DNA of 41,315 nucleotides from a virus: IMG/VR virus record IMGVR_UViG_3300045988_066741; one strand, 5' to 3'. Shown piece by piece: positions 1 to 8,196 of this stretch (position 1 is its first letter; each line of letters starts with the position of its first letter). The notes under the pieces were generated by a model. It saw only the letters and a program-made list of their open reading frames with translations, ran no database searches and was not told where the DNA came from. The position numbers and the translations under genes were made by a program.

Positions 1-141
1 GACTTCCGCCTGGCTTCTCTGAATAAGTGCGGCCTTCGTTCCCTTCTTGGCCTGGATGTTCAGGATTACTTCTCGTCCGCCTGAGGCCGGTCCTCCTGGA
101 AGGAATGGTGACATTCCCTTTGTGTGGCTGGTTGATGTGAA
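1..141. repeat. Terminal direct repeat copy A (identical to 41175-41315)
   Basis: Base-for-base identity with the last 141 nt of the window, checked by eye. Confidence 0.97.
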
Positions 142-588
142 CCCCTTGTTTATCCAGGACTGCCCGACCAGCGACTGCTGGAGCTGGGTGTCACCGGTCT
201 GTGATCGCGTGCTGTTGAACTGCTGCATATTGATGCCTATTCGCTTGAGCATGTCGTCATGGTCTCCTCGGTACAGGATGTAGTTGTCCTGCATCGGAGT
301 CATGATGCTCTTCAGTCCGCTTTCTGTGGCCTTCTGTTTCGCGGTCAGCGGTCTTCCTGTGTTCAGCGCCTGGTTGAGGTTCTGTGCGTGGTTGAACCCG
401 TTTGAAGCGTAGCATGTAGGGTCGGTGTAGTTGTGGATGGCCTTCAGGGCTGCGCCTGTCTGCTTCGGTCTCTGTGCGGTCAGCATGCTGTTCTGCGCCG
501 CTGGATCCATGGCCTTGAATTTCAGCTTCTGTGCTCCGCCTGTATTGCTCAGTCCGCCCTTCGGGCTTCTTCTTCCTCCGCTTCCCAT
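1..588 (-). CDS. ADP-ribosyltransferase (R-S-E type), 5' part of a gene that continues across the circular junction to 41058 (234 aa in total)
   Basis: Own translation of the minus frame. ATG at 588-586 is preceded by GAAAGGAGA. The frame stays open to base 1 and continues in frame at 41174. Motifs: LYRG (Arg codon 268-270), FTSTS (about 127-138), QAE (Q codon 10-12, E codon 4-6). Not in the supplied ORF track. Confidence 0.8.
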   Translation of the reverse strand, partial: MGSGGRRSPKGGLSNTGGAQKLKFKAMDPAAQNSMLTAQRPKQTGAALKAIHNYTDPTCYASNGFNHAQNLNQALNTGRPLTAKQKATESGLKSIMTPMQDNYILYRGDHDDMLKRIGINMQQFNSTRSQTGDTQLQQSLVGQSWINKGFTSTSHTKGMSPFLPGGPASGGREVILNIQAKKGTKAALIQRSQAEV

Positions 589-599
589 CGTTCTCCTTT

Positions 600-1361
600 C
601 TACGCTCCGTAGAGCCAGTTGTCATTCTTTATGAATTCATGCTCAACTCGTCCCTTGAGCCTGTCTTCCAGCATTTCTCTGTATGCCGTGCTTCCTGTTC
701 GAACATATAAAAAGGTCGGGCTTAGGCGTTCTATAGCTGCGTCTAACCCTGACCAGAATAAAGGCCGCGCCTCCGGGTCTCGAAGCGGGCCTATTGTATT
801 GATCCAGAGTACTGAATTCTCCGGGATTCCTTCAAAGCAGTATTCGTGGCTTTCTTCATTGCTGAATGAAAGGCTCGGGATCACTTTGATATTGTTTATC
901 TGCGCGTACCGTGCGAACCAGTTGTTACGGTAGTGGTTGTATTCCTGCAGTGGCCGCGGCATGTCTGTATACATGCTGAAGTCCGGGCTTACGATGCCTC
1001 GGTACTTCTGAAGCATCGGGATGTACTTGTCCGGGTCGTTCCAGATTCTTTCGAACTTGAAGTCCTGGATGTGGAAGTGTACCCATCTGTCCCAGTCGTC
1101 GTTCTTTGCGGCTAAATGAAAGGGAATCGTTTTAGCGATTCCCTCTGTTTCTTCTTTTGTGATTGGTTCTATGATCGGATATCCCTTTTCTGTAAATTCG
1201 AACTCAGTTTCGTCTGTCTTGAACCAGTTCAGGATATCCTGTCCGTTGTTGCTTGCGTTCTGTCTCATCTTAGCGCCTCTATGAATATTACGATTATCCT
1301 TGCTATCACTTCCGCGATACCCTTTTCGAGCCCTTCGGTCGTCTGTTCCATGCTGTCGCAT
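600..1361 (-). CDS. DUF4417-like protein
   Basis: 253-aa ORF. The core HFHIQDFKFERIWNDPDKY...SPDFSMYTDMP...YNHYRNNWF...IKVIPSLSF matches my recollection of DUF4417. An alternative ATG at 1268 removes a basic 31-aa leader. Both starts have an SD. Confidence 0.7.
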   Translation of the reverse strand: MRQHGTDDRRARKGYRGSDSKDNRNIHRGAKMRQNASNNGQDILNWFKTDETEFEFTEKGYPIIEPITKEETEGIAKTIPFHLAAKNDDWDRWVHFHIQDFKFERIWNDPDKYIPMLQKYRGIVSPDFSMYTDMPRPLQEYNHYRNNWFARYAQINNIKVIPSLSFSNEESHEYCFEGIPENSVLWINTIGPLRDPEARPLFWSGLDAAIERLSPTFLYVRTGSTAYREMLEDRLKGRVEHEFIKNDNWLYGA

Positions 1362-1395
1362 ATGATCTCCGGGATTCTGCAGATGATTTCGTTAA

Positions 1396-1719
1396 TCACT
1401 TTATCACCTCTACGATGCCTTTCGCCAGTCTAGCTGCTTTCTGCATGAGACTGTTCTCCTCAAGGTATTCCAGTCCGGCTAGTGTAATCTTTGTGTACTG
1501 CAGGTCTGTCAGCGTTGGCTTTGTATCCCCGAGGTACTGCGTTTCCTGCGGTCCTTCTATGTATCCTGCGTGCATGAGCTGGATGAGGATTGCATCCCTT
1601 GTGTTCTTGTCTGTTCCCAGTCTTTCGGGCGCTATCCTTTGCTCGTCGAACTCGTCAGCGCTCATGCTGTCGCGTAGATTTTTCAGGATTTTGTAGATGA
1701 TCTTATTAATTTCTGACAT
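1396..1719 (-). CDS. YjcQ-family winged-helix protein
   Basis: 107 aa. IIYKILKNL...LMHAGYIEG...ITLAGLEYLEENSLMQKA is the typical YjcQ pattern. Confidence 0.75.
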   Translation of the reverse strand: MSEINKIIYKILKNLRDSMSADEFDEQRIAPERLGTDKNTRDAILIQLMHAGYIEGPQETQYLGDTKPTLTDLQYTKITLAGLEYLEENSLMQKAARLAKGIVEVIK

Positions 1720-1728
1720 ATGCTTCTC

Positions 1729-1956
1729 CTACGAATTTAGGTCAATAATGTACTCCAGTTCGTCTAAATCTCCACCATAGAGCATCCCACCCTTGGCAAT
1801 CAGATCAAACTGTGGCACGTCATCTTCGTCCCAGGATCCTTTAGGCGTGAAAAACAGATCACCCTCGAGTACGTCTCCGTCTTTGTAAATAATTCTTGCG
1901 TTCTCAATCTCTTCTATTGAGAGAGATCGACACTCCTTCGGCGTGTATCTTCGCAT
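1729..1956 (-). CDS. Small protein downstream of the MuF toxin domain (candidate immunity protein)
   Basis: ATG at 1956 is preceded by GGGAGGTAAAT. It overlaps the last 53 nt of the MuF-toxin ORF. The ORF-track start at 2061 lacks an SD and lies deep inside the upstream gene. 75 aa, acidic. Confidence 0.55.
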   Translation of the reverse strand: MRRYTPKECRSLSIEEIENARIIYKDGDVLEGDLFFTPKGSWDEDDVPQFDLIAKGGMLYGGDLDELEYIIDLNS

Positions 1957-3472
1957 ATTTACCTCCCATTTTCGGGTCCAGAGGTACCAGATGTACTCCA
2001 GTTTTTGAATAGTGTATTTTGAAGTATCTCGTAGGTATTTCTGTCCCGTCTTCTTTAACAACGTACCCTATATTTTTGTGGTTTTCAACAACAATTTCTC
2101 TATTGTTCCACTTGTATGTACCTGTCTGTTTATTTTTTGAATACTGTTTATAGCCTGAGCCTGCATAACTTTTTATCAGCTTTTCCAGTTCGCTCGTTGT
2201 AATTGTGAAATACGAAAACTTTTCCCCAGTCTTGGCTAGATGATCCTGGAATATTTTCCCGTCCGGCATATGTTTACTTTGCTTTTCAGGATTAAGGTTA
2301 ACATTTTGCCTTGAAAGATCCACTTTATCTGAAAGTCTTTTCGAAACAGGAGCCCGCTTTATTTCGGAGCTCTGTGTCTTTTTCAGGTCTTGTGCGCTCC
2401 ATGCCTTTTCTGCTGAGTAGTCGCGCTTCAGGAATCCGTTTGAACTCTTGATCAGATCATTGATCTTTTCTTTGTAGTAGCTCTTCCACTTCCTTGCTTC
2501 TGTGGTGTCCTGGCCTCCGGCCTTGAGTACCTTCTCTTCTCTGTCCCACTTGCGCATCTTGCGTTCGAGGGCTCTCTGCTGCTGCTCCATCTGATAGAAC
2601 TGTTCGTTCTTTGTTTCGTCGATGTGGTAGTAGGTCTGCTCGTCTCCTTCTCCGAAGAACGGATAGAACTGATGCCTGCAGTTGTAGCCGCCCAGGCCTG
2701 TTGCTGTTCCGTAGCCGGTGGCCTCGTAGAAGTTCTCGTAGTTTCCTTCTGGATGATTCCTCCAGTAGATCTTGCCCTGCCATACGGCATGGCTTGGTCG
2801 TGCTCCCAGGTGACTTGAAACTTCCACCAGGTTAATGTCCATATCGTCCAGCATGTCCTCTTCGCATTTCAGTGCGTTCTGCGCCACGCTGGTTCTTACG
2901 GCAACTCTTACGGCCGTCTCTACGCTTCGCTTGGCTCCTGTCGGGTATGTGACCTCTCCCAGCCCTTCCTTGGCCAGCTTTTTGATGGCGTTGGTCACCG
3001 CCTGGTCGTAGCTGTACGCCCCACTTGCCACCTGAAGGTATGCCTGGTCGTACAGATTCATCATCTGAGCTGTGGCCAGCTGTCCTGTCGTTCGTGTGAG
3101 ATTGGATAGCTCGTTCTTTGCGATGTTGGTACTTTTCTCGATCTGTCTTCCAAAGGACAGCCCGCTGGTATCGTACCCGTGCTTCTCCAGCTGTGTGATC
3201 GTATCGCGTGTGCTCTTGTAGGTGCTCTCGTTCATCAGCTTTTCTACTTCTGATTCACTTGTGTTCAGTACCTTTGCCAGCGCCCTGTTGATGTATTCCT
3301 GCTGGAGTGACAGTTCCCTCAGCTTTGCGTTCAGGTATTCTGTCGTGCTTGTCATGCTTCCTGCGTGCGCTATCCTCTGCGCCATGTCGACCAGGATCTC
3401 AGTGACCAGCTTCTGGTATTCACCTTCGATTTCATCCGTGCATTTCTGCAGATAACTTGGTGTCAGTGCCAT
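1904..3472 (-). CDS. MuF-like minor head (head morphogenesis) protein with a C-terminal Ntox50-like toxin domain
   Basis: 522 aa. The MuF core is HLGARPSHAVWQGKIY...GYNCRHQFYPFF. The C-terminal ~110 aa (coordinates about 1973-2296) read EKQSKH...AGSGY...IGYVV...KIHYSKTGVHLVPLDP, resembling polymorphic toxin type 50. Sits directly after the portal gene. Confidence 0.85.
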   Translation of the reverse strand: MALTPSYLQKCTDEIEGEYQKLVTEILVDMAQRIAHAGSMTSTTEYLNAKLRELSLQQEYINRALAKVLNTSESEVEKLMNESTYKSTRDTITQLEKHGYDTSGLSFGRQIEKSTNIAKNELSNLTRTTGQLATAQMMNLYDQAYLQVASGAYSYDQAVTNAIKKLAKEGLGEVTYPTGAKRSVETAVRVAVRTSVAQNALKCEEDMLDDMDINLVEVSSHLGARPSHAVWQGKIYWRNHPEGNYENFYEATGYGTATGLGGYNCRHQFYPFFGEGDEQTYYHIDETKNEQFYQMEQQQRALERKMRKWDREEKVLKAGGQDTTEARKWKSYYKEKINDLIKSSNGFLKRDYSAEKAWSAQDLKKTQSSEIKRAPVSKRLSDKVDLSRQNVNLNPEKQSKHMPDGKIFQDHLAKTGEKFSYFTITTSELEKLIKSYAGSGYKQYSKNKQTGTYKWNNREIVVENHKNIGYVVKEDGTEIPTRYFKIHYSKTGVHLVPLDPKMGGKYAKIHAEGVSISLNRRD

Positions 3473-3483
3473 ACGTCAGCCTT

Positions 3484-5052
3484 CTAGTCGTCTACACCGC
3501 CCGAATTAGCCCCGTTTGGGCCCGAATTCGCGTCATTCTGGTCTCCAGGGTTGAATTGTCCGGCCAGCGTCTGCTGTTGTGCAGCGGCCGTTTCTCCGGT
3601 CATTTTACGGGCCGTTTCTTCGTCTTCTCCGTCGTACTTTACGCGGTACTCCCATTTCTGTCGGATTCCGGCAGCGATTTCCTGCATGAATCTCATTCTT
3701 TCGGCCTCTTCGTCTGCGAACATCGTATCATCAAACTGAATTGTGATTCTTGCGTCCACGTCCAGCGGCTGGTGGAGCTTCTCCCTGCCCAGGATGAGCG
3801 CCGCTCTTGTCAGGTCCTTCAGTGCCTCCTGGATGGCGATTCTCTGCTTCCAGACGGATTCTGTCAGATCCTTGTTGCTGGCTTTGACCTGTGTTGCTGT
3901 GGTCATGTTTGCCTGGTTGAACTGGTAGCGGTTCTGCCCCAGTCCTACCTTGGCGCTCAACAGGTTCAGATTGAACTGCACGTTCTCCTTGTTCTCGTCC
4001 ACTCTGAGACTTGGGTTGTACTCGTTAAAGAATTTAGGATCTCCCGGGAGTGCTTCTCCTGTGGTCACGTAGAGTGACTTCTCCAGCGTTGCTCCGATGT
4101 CCGGTTCCTGCTGGACGACTCTGTCCTGTCCATTCTCGTCCTTTGCGTAAGTCTTGGGCTTGAGCTGGACGGCTGCCTGGTCCATGAAGACGCGCTTCTT
4201 GCCCAGCAGTGTATCCATGAACATGTTGTCGTAGCTCAGATCGCACAGCTGCAGGTTGTCTATCGCATTTGCGTAGATGCTGGCTCCCAGCGGTACGTCT
4301 GCGATGTTGTTTTCAATGTTCGGCTTCATGATCACGAACGGCTTACATGGCAGTACGTAGGATTCCACTTCTCCGTGCGGTCCCGGTACTTCCTCGTATC
4401 CTCCACCTCTGTTCACTCTGTAGAAGTGGTTTGTAATGAGGTACTCACCATCGTCGTTCAGCTTTTTGAAGATCTGAACATAGAGGTGCTCCTGGCCGTC
4501 CTGCGTGTAGTTGCTGGCCAGCGCTACATCGGTGATGTCTTCATCGTCGTATGTCAGAGGAACGATCATCTGTGCGTCCTTGATGACCTTCAGCTCGAGT
4601 CCTTCTCCTGCAAGTTCTCCGCCCTGTTCTGTTGCTCCTGTCAGCTGCCAGTAAAAGCAGACGGTTCCCTGTGCGAATTCTCTTTCGACGGCCTTGTTGC
4701 CCTTGACCCAGAATCCTGTTTTTCCCAGGATGCCTCCGTTCTGCTCATCGGTGTCTCCTGTCAGCCACTTCTGTGTCTTGTTGGTGTCGTGTTCTCCGCA
4801 CTCTATCAGGATGCGCGTCTTGTCGTTGAGCAGAAGGTTAGCCCAGTCCTCGCAGAGCTTCTTTGCCATGCGCATCTGTTTTCTCTTTACTTGGGCTCCG
4901 TTTTCCTGCACGTCCCTGATCCAGTAGTTGTGAAAGTCCGGGACGTATCCTCTCCACCAGTCTTCCCACAGATGAATGTCCGTGTAGTACTGCTGGATGT
5001 TATCACTGACCGGGTATCCCAGGTCGCTTAAAATTGTGAAAAGTAGTTTCAT
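3484..5052 (-). CDS. Portal protein (SPP1 Gp6-like)
   Basis: Sits between terL and MuF. The N-terminal pattern is HLWEDWWRGYVPDFHNY...RMAKKLCEDWANLLLNDK. ATG at 5052 forms an ATGA overlap with the terL stop and follows GGAGGG. The ORF-track start at 5094 is less likely. Confidence 0.85.
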   Translation of the reverse strand: MKLLFTILSDLGYPVSDNIQQYYTDIHLWEDWWRGYVPDFHNYWIRDVQENGAQVKRKQMRMAKKLCEDWANLLLNDKTRILIECGEHDTNKTQKWLTGDTDEQNGGILGKTGFWVKGNKAVEREFAQGTVCFYWQLTGATEQGGELAGEGLELKVIKDAQMIVPLTYDDEDITDVALASNYTQDGQEHLYVQIFKKLNDDGEYLITNHFYRVNRGGGYEEVPGPHGEVESYVLPCKPFVIMKPNIENNIADVPLGASIYANAIDNLQLCDLSYDNMFMDTLLGKKRVFMDQAAVQLKPKTYAKDENGQDRVVQQEPDIGATLEKSLYVTTGEALPGDPKFFNEYNPSLRVDENKENVQFNLNLLSAKVGLGQNRYQFNQANMTTATQVKASNKDLTESVWKQRIAIQEALKDLTRAALILGREKLHQPLDVDARITIQFDDTMFADEEAERMRFMQEIAAGIRQKWEYRVKYDGEDEETARKMTGETAAAQQQTLAGQFNPGDQNDANSGPNGANSGGVDD

Positions 5053-6281
5053 CAGTCCCTCCTGCCTGTGATCACGGTCATGAATGTCGACCATGAGTAA
5101 AAGTGGGCATCGAAGGTATCGATGTCCGTCGTGAAGTCATCGAGGATCTTGTCCTCTTTTGACTTGCTGTCGTATAAAGCCGTGCTCAGTGCTTCTACCA
5201 CCATCGGCACGGCCTGAAATTTCATTTTGTGTCTGTTCAGCATCATGTTGTAGGTCAGGATTCTTGTCTTTCCTTCGACCTTCTTGCAGTCAGCCACCTG
5301 GGTCGAGAATCCTGCGTTTCTCACTGCGGCTCTGATGCTGTTCAGGATGACCTGTTCCGCGTTGTCCACGAAAACATAGGCCACGTAGTAGCCCTGCTGC
5401 TCCAGGCTTCCCAGGAGCGCTACTGTTTCCTGGCACAGTCTTTCTGCGTCTATTGTGCCTTTGCTGTGAACGATCTTTCTCTCTGCAAAGGTTACGATCT
5501 CGCTCCAGTCCATGGTGATTCCTGTAGCCACCAGCGTGCTGTGGGATTTCGTTCCGCCGATATCCAGGCCGATGTTGATGCGTCCGAACAGCGGCAGTTC
5601 TCCCTTGACTTCCCATCCGCTCGGGTTGTCTGCAAACTGCGGGAAGAGCAGACCTTCTGCGTTGCACCACTCTCCCAGGATGTATCGGTTGTAGTAGACC
5701 GTGCCCCTGTATTCGTTCTTCAGGTTCTCCACGAATTCATTAGGCAGGAACGGGTTGTCATCGATGCAGTAGTGCTGCTGGAAGATGTCCGCGTCGCTCT
5801 GCAGGAACTTGTGAAACCAGTGGTTCTTGTTGTCCGGGTTGCAGGTTCCGTCAAAGCAGGAGTACGGCTTGTCGAGACGTGATTTCAGCATGTTGAAGAC
5901 TTCTTCGTTCCATGTCACCACTTCGTCTCCGTAGCAGTACTTGAGGCCGGATCCACGGATCTTGTCTACCTGTGTGATCTTGTCTGCACCCAGCGCGTAG
6001 CATTTCTCTCCGAAGAGATCGACCGTGTTGTCTGGCCGGATGCCTCCTACCAGCGTTCCTCCGTACATGTTTCTCATCGGTGCCAGGACGTTTCTTTCGA
6101 GTGTGGCTTTGGTATTTCCCAGCAGCAGGACAAGCCCTTCCTTGCCGTCAACTGCACGGATGCGCTTTGGAATCACGTAGTAGTCCAGCCAGGTCTTGCC
6201 TGATCTTGTAGCTCCCGTCTTGACGTTCCATCTGTGTGGCTTGGTTGTCCAGAACTCCTTCTGCTTCTCACTTAGTTCCAT
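5052..6281 (-). CDS. terL: Terminase large subunit (PBSX-like)
   Basis: 409 aa. Walker A is GATRSGKT near the N-terminus. Position between the small terminase and the portal. Confidence 0.9.
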   Translation of the reverse strand: MELSEKQKEFWTTKPHRWNVKTGATRSGKTWLDYYVIPKRIRAVDGKEGLVLLLGNTKATLERNVLAPMRNMYGGTLVGGIRPDNTVDLFGEKCYALGADKITQVDKIRGSGLKYCYGDEVVTWNEEVFNMLKSRLDKPYSCFDGTCNPDNKNHWFHKFLQSDADIFQQHYCIDDNPFLPNEFVENLKNEYRGTVYYNRYILGEWCNAEGLLFPQFADNPSGWEVKGELPLFGRINIGLDIGGTKSHSTLVATGITMDWSEIVTFAERKIVHSKGTIDAERLCQETVALLGSLEQQGYYVAYVFVDNAEQVILNSIRAAVRNAGFSTQVADCKKVEGKTRILTYNMMLNRHKMKFQAVPMVVEALSTALYDSKSKEDKILDDFTTDIDTFDAHFYSWSTFMTVITGRRD

Positions 6282-6747
6282 TGTCGTCCTCGGCCAGCCT
6301 GTCGATTCCCTTCAGCAGTTCATCGAGCTTTGTCAGTTCTGACTTTCCACCGTTGGTCTGTTCCGTCAGCGCCTTTGCCTGCGCGTTCATCAGGTTCGTT
6401 TTTGCTCTGTCCAGCTTGGACTGCGGCTGCTGGCCTGTAAGATCTCGGATGTATTCCGCTGCTCTTACGTCTCCCTTGACTGCCTTGTTGAACATGGCCA
6501 CGGCCATCAGCATCTCGTTTGTCATCTGGTCTTCCGGGATGCCGAGGTCTGCCAGCTTCGATTTGTTTCTGTCGCTTGGCTCCAGTGCAAGGATGACCTT
6601 CAGGCTGTCCTTCAGGTGCTTCTTCTTTGCGATGGCCTTCTGCGCGGCGATTCCTCCGCGTCGTCCCATCTCTGCTGCTGTTTCCTTGGTGAACGGCTTG
6701 GTAAGGTTCGCGAGCTGCCTCTTCTTTCCTTCGCTCATCTCAGCCAT
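6268..6747 (-). CDS. terS: Putative terminase small subunit
   Basis: About 159 aa with a basic N-terminal DNA-binding-like segment (GRRGGIAAQKAIAKKK). Lies immediately upstream of terL and overlaps it by 14 nt. The exact start is uncertain (6753 TTG, 6747 ATG or 6738 ATG). Confidence 0.6.
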   Translation of the reverse strand: MAEMSEGKKRQLANLTKPFTKETAAEMGRRGGIAAQKAIAKKKHLKDSLKVILALEPSDRNKSKLADLGIPEDQMTNEMLMAVAMFNKAVKGDVRAAEYIRDLTGQQPQSKLDRAKTNLMNAQAKALTEQTNGGKSELTKLDELLKGIDRLAEDDNGTK

Positions 6748-7993
6748 TCGCAAGCACCGCCTTCTCTCCTGTCTGCTGTTCCCAGCGGTCTATGATGACG
6801 TCCGCGTAGCGTGGATCGTATTCCATCATGAAGCATTTTCTGTTCAGCTGCTCGCATGCGATGAGCGTTGAGCCTGAACCTCCGAACAGATCGAGCACGT
6901 TCTCGCGTGTTCGGCTGCTGTTCTTTACGAGCCTTGCTATCAGCTTGATTGGTTTCATCGTCGGATACAGGTCGTTCTTGGCTGGCTTCTTCTCGTTGAT
7001 CACTGTAACATCCGGATATGCCTCCAGGATTCTCTGTACCAGTGCCTTCAGCTCGTCCTTCTTCATGGCATCGAGGTCCAGCTCGTCATCGTCGATTACT
7101 GCCGTCAGCGCTCTGTTGTTGATGAAGTAGTGGCTTGCGCCGTCCTTCCATCCGTAGAGGCACGGTTCGTGCTTCCACTGGTAGTCCTGTCTGCCGAGCA
7201 CCAGGCTGTTCTTGTTCCAGATCAGCTGCTCTCTGACTTCAAGGCCTGCGTTGTTCAGGGACTGCTCAAAGTCCATGTGTGTACGGCTTGCGTACCAGAT
7301 ATAAAAAGCGCCGCCTGCCTTCAGGTGGTCGCTCAGGTTTTCAAATGCTGCAGTCAGGAACTCCTGGAAGTTCGCGCTGTCCATGTCGTCGTTCTCGATG
7401 GTCATTCCCTGGCTGTTCTCGATGGCTACGTTGTATGGCGGGTCTGTTACCACCAGGTCCATCGTGTTTCCATCGCACAGCTCTTCCACGTCCTGTCTGC
7501 TTGTGCTGTCGCCAACCATGAGGCGATGATCGCCAAGTCTCCAGATCTGTCCCTTCTTTGTCATCGGCTCTGTCGGGATGTCCGGCTCGTAGTTGTCCTC
7601 GACTGCTTCTGCCGTGTCTACCTCCTCCTGCACAAATCCGAAGTCGGACATGTCTATGTCCAGGCCGTCCAGCTCCTGCAGTTCCTCGTCTAAAAGGTCG
7701 AAGTCCCATTCTGAGGCTTCAGCGACCTTGTTGTCTGCCAGTCGGTACGCCTTCACCTGCGCTGGCGTGAGATCATCTGCCATGATGCACGGGATTCTCT
7801 CCAGTCCCAGCTCCCTGGCTGCCTTCCATCTCGTGTGTCCTGCAATGATGACATTGTTCCTGTCGATCACGATCGGCTGCTTGAAGCCGAACTCGCGGAT
7901 GGAGTTTGCTACCAGGTCTACTGCCTGGTCGTTGATTCTCGGGTTTTTATCGTAGGGCACCAGTTCACCTGGTGTCATGTATTTGATGTTCAT
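6740..7993 (-). CDS. ParB-like nuclease domain fused to an N4/N6 DNA methyltransferase
   Basis: N-terminus: LVPYDKNPRIND...AGHTRW (ParB-N). Middle: VVTDPPYNV. C-terminus: VLDLFGGSGSTLIACEQL (AdoMet binding). ATG at 7993 is preferred over the ORF-track start at 8089. Confidence 0.85.
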   Translation of the reverse strand: MNIKYMTPGELVPYDKNPRINDQAVDLVANSIREFGFKQPIVIDRNNVIIAGHTRWKAARELGLERIPCIMADDLTPAQVKAYRLADNKVAEASEWDFDLLDEELQELDGLDIDMSDFGFVQEEVDTAEAVEDNYEPDIPTEPMTKKGQIWRLGDHRLMVGDSTSRQDVEELCDGNTMDLVVTDPPYNVAIENSQGMTIENDDMDSANFQEFLTAAFENLSDHLKAGGAFYIWYASRTHMDFEQSLNNAGLEVREQLIWNKNSLVLGRQDYQWKHEPCLYGWKDGASHYFINNRALTAVIDDDELDLDAMKKDELKALVQRILEAYPDVTVINEKKPAKNDLYPTMKPIKLIARLVKNSSRTRENVLDLFGGSGSTLIACEQLNRKCFMMEYDPRYADVIIDRWEQQTGEKAVLANG

Positions 7994-8087
7994 TAGTGTC
8001 GGTGTCCTTTCTTTCTTCCTGGGCCAGGAGGTTTTTATGATTACAGCATTGACGTTCAACAAAAGGGAGAATTTCCTCCTGGCATGC

Positions 8088-8147
8088 AAAAAAGGACAGG
8101 CCTTCGAGAGGAAGTGTAAGAACCCTCGTATCAGCTTGTCCTTTTTT
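8088..8147 (-). terminator. Long imperfect hairpin with flanking A6/T6 runs (bidirectional-type terminator) between the early/middle and late operons
   Basis: AAAAAAGGACA (8088-8098) pairs with TGTCCTTTTTT (8137-8147). An inner CGAG..CTCG pairing is also present. On the minus-strand RNA the stem is followed by U6. Confidence 0.55.
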
Positions 8148-8196
8148 GACTTTTAAATAATATCACGGGAATCCGGTTTACAGTGTCTACTCTTTG

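Noticed and set aside
1-141. The terminal repeat read as a physical direct terminal repeat or a cos-type end.
   Set aside because: Its length equals a standard assembler k-mer, it falls in the middle of a gene, and the PBSX-like large terminase suggests headful packaging. Read data are needed for certainty.
257-625. A 122-aa minus-strand ORF offered by the track at the window start.
   Set aside because: It is an Arg/Glu/Thr-rich low-complexity product. It sits out of frame over the ADP-ribosyltransferase frame, which has an SD, catalytic motifs and in-frame continuity across the junction.
2452-2790. Arg-rich overlapping minus-strand ORFs (112 and 108 aa) inside the MuF gene, and similar ones inside the SNF2, polymerase and tape measure genes.
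   Set aside because: They are alternative frames of well-supported genes, with a low-complexity basic composition and no initiation signals.
8089-8089. The long N-terminal extensions in the ORF-track models (starts at 2061, 5094, 8089, 10484, 13915, 25493, 30507, 30743, 37542, 38113).
   Set aside because: Each extension overlaps the upstream gene or an intergenic structure and lacks an SD. In each case an internal ATG with a strong SD or an ATGA stop-start overlap matches the beginning of the conserved domain.
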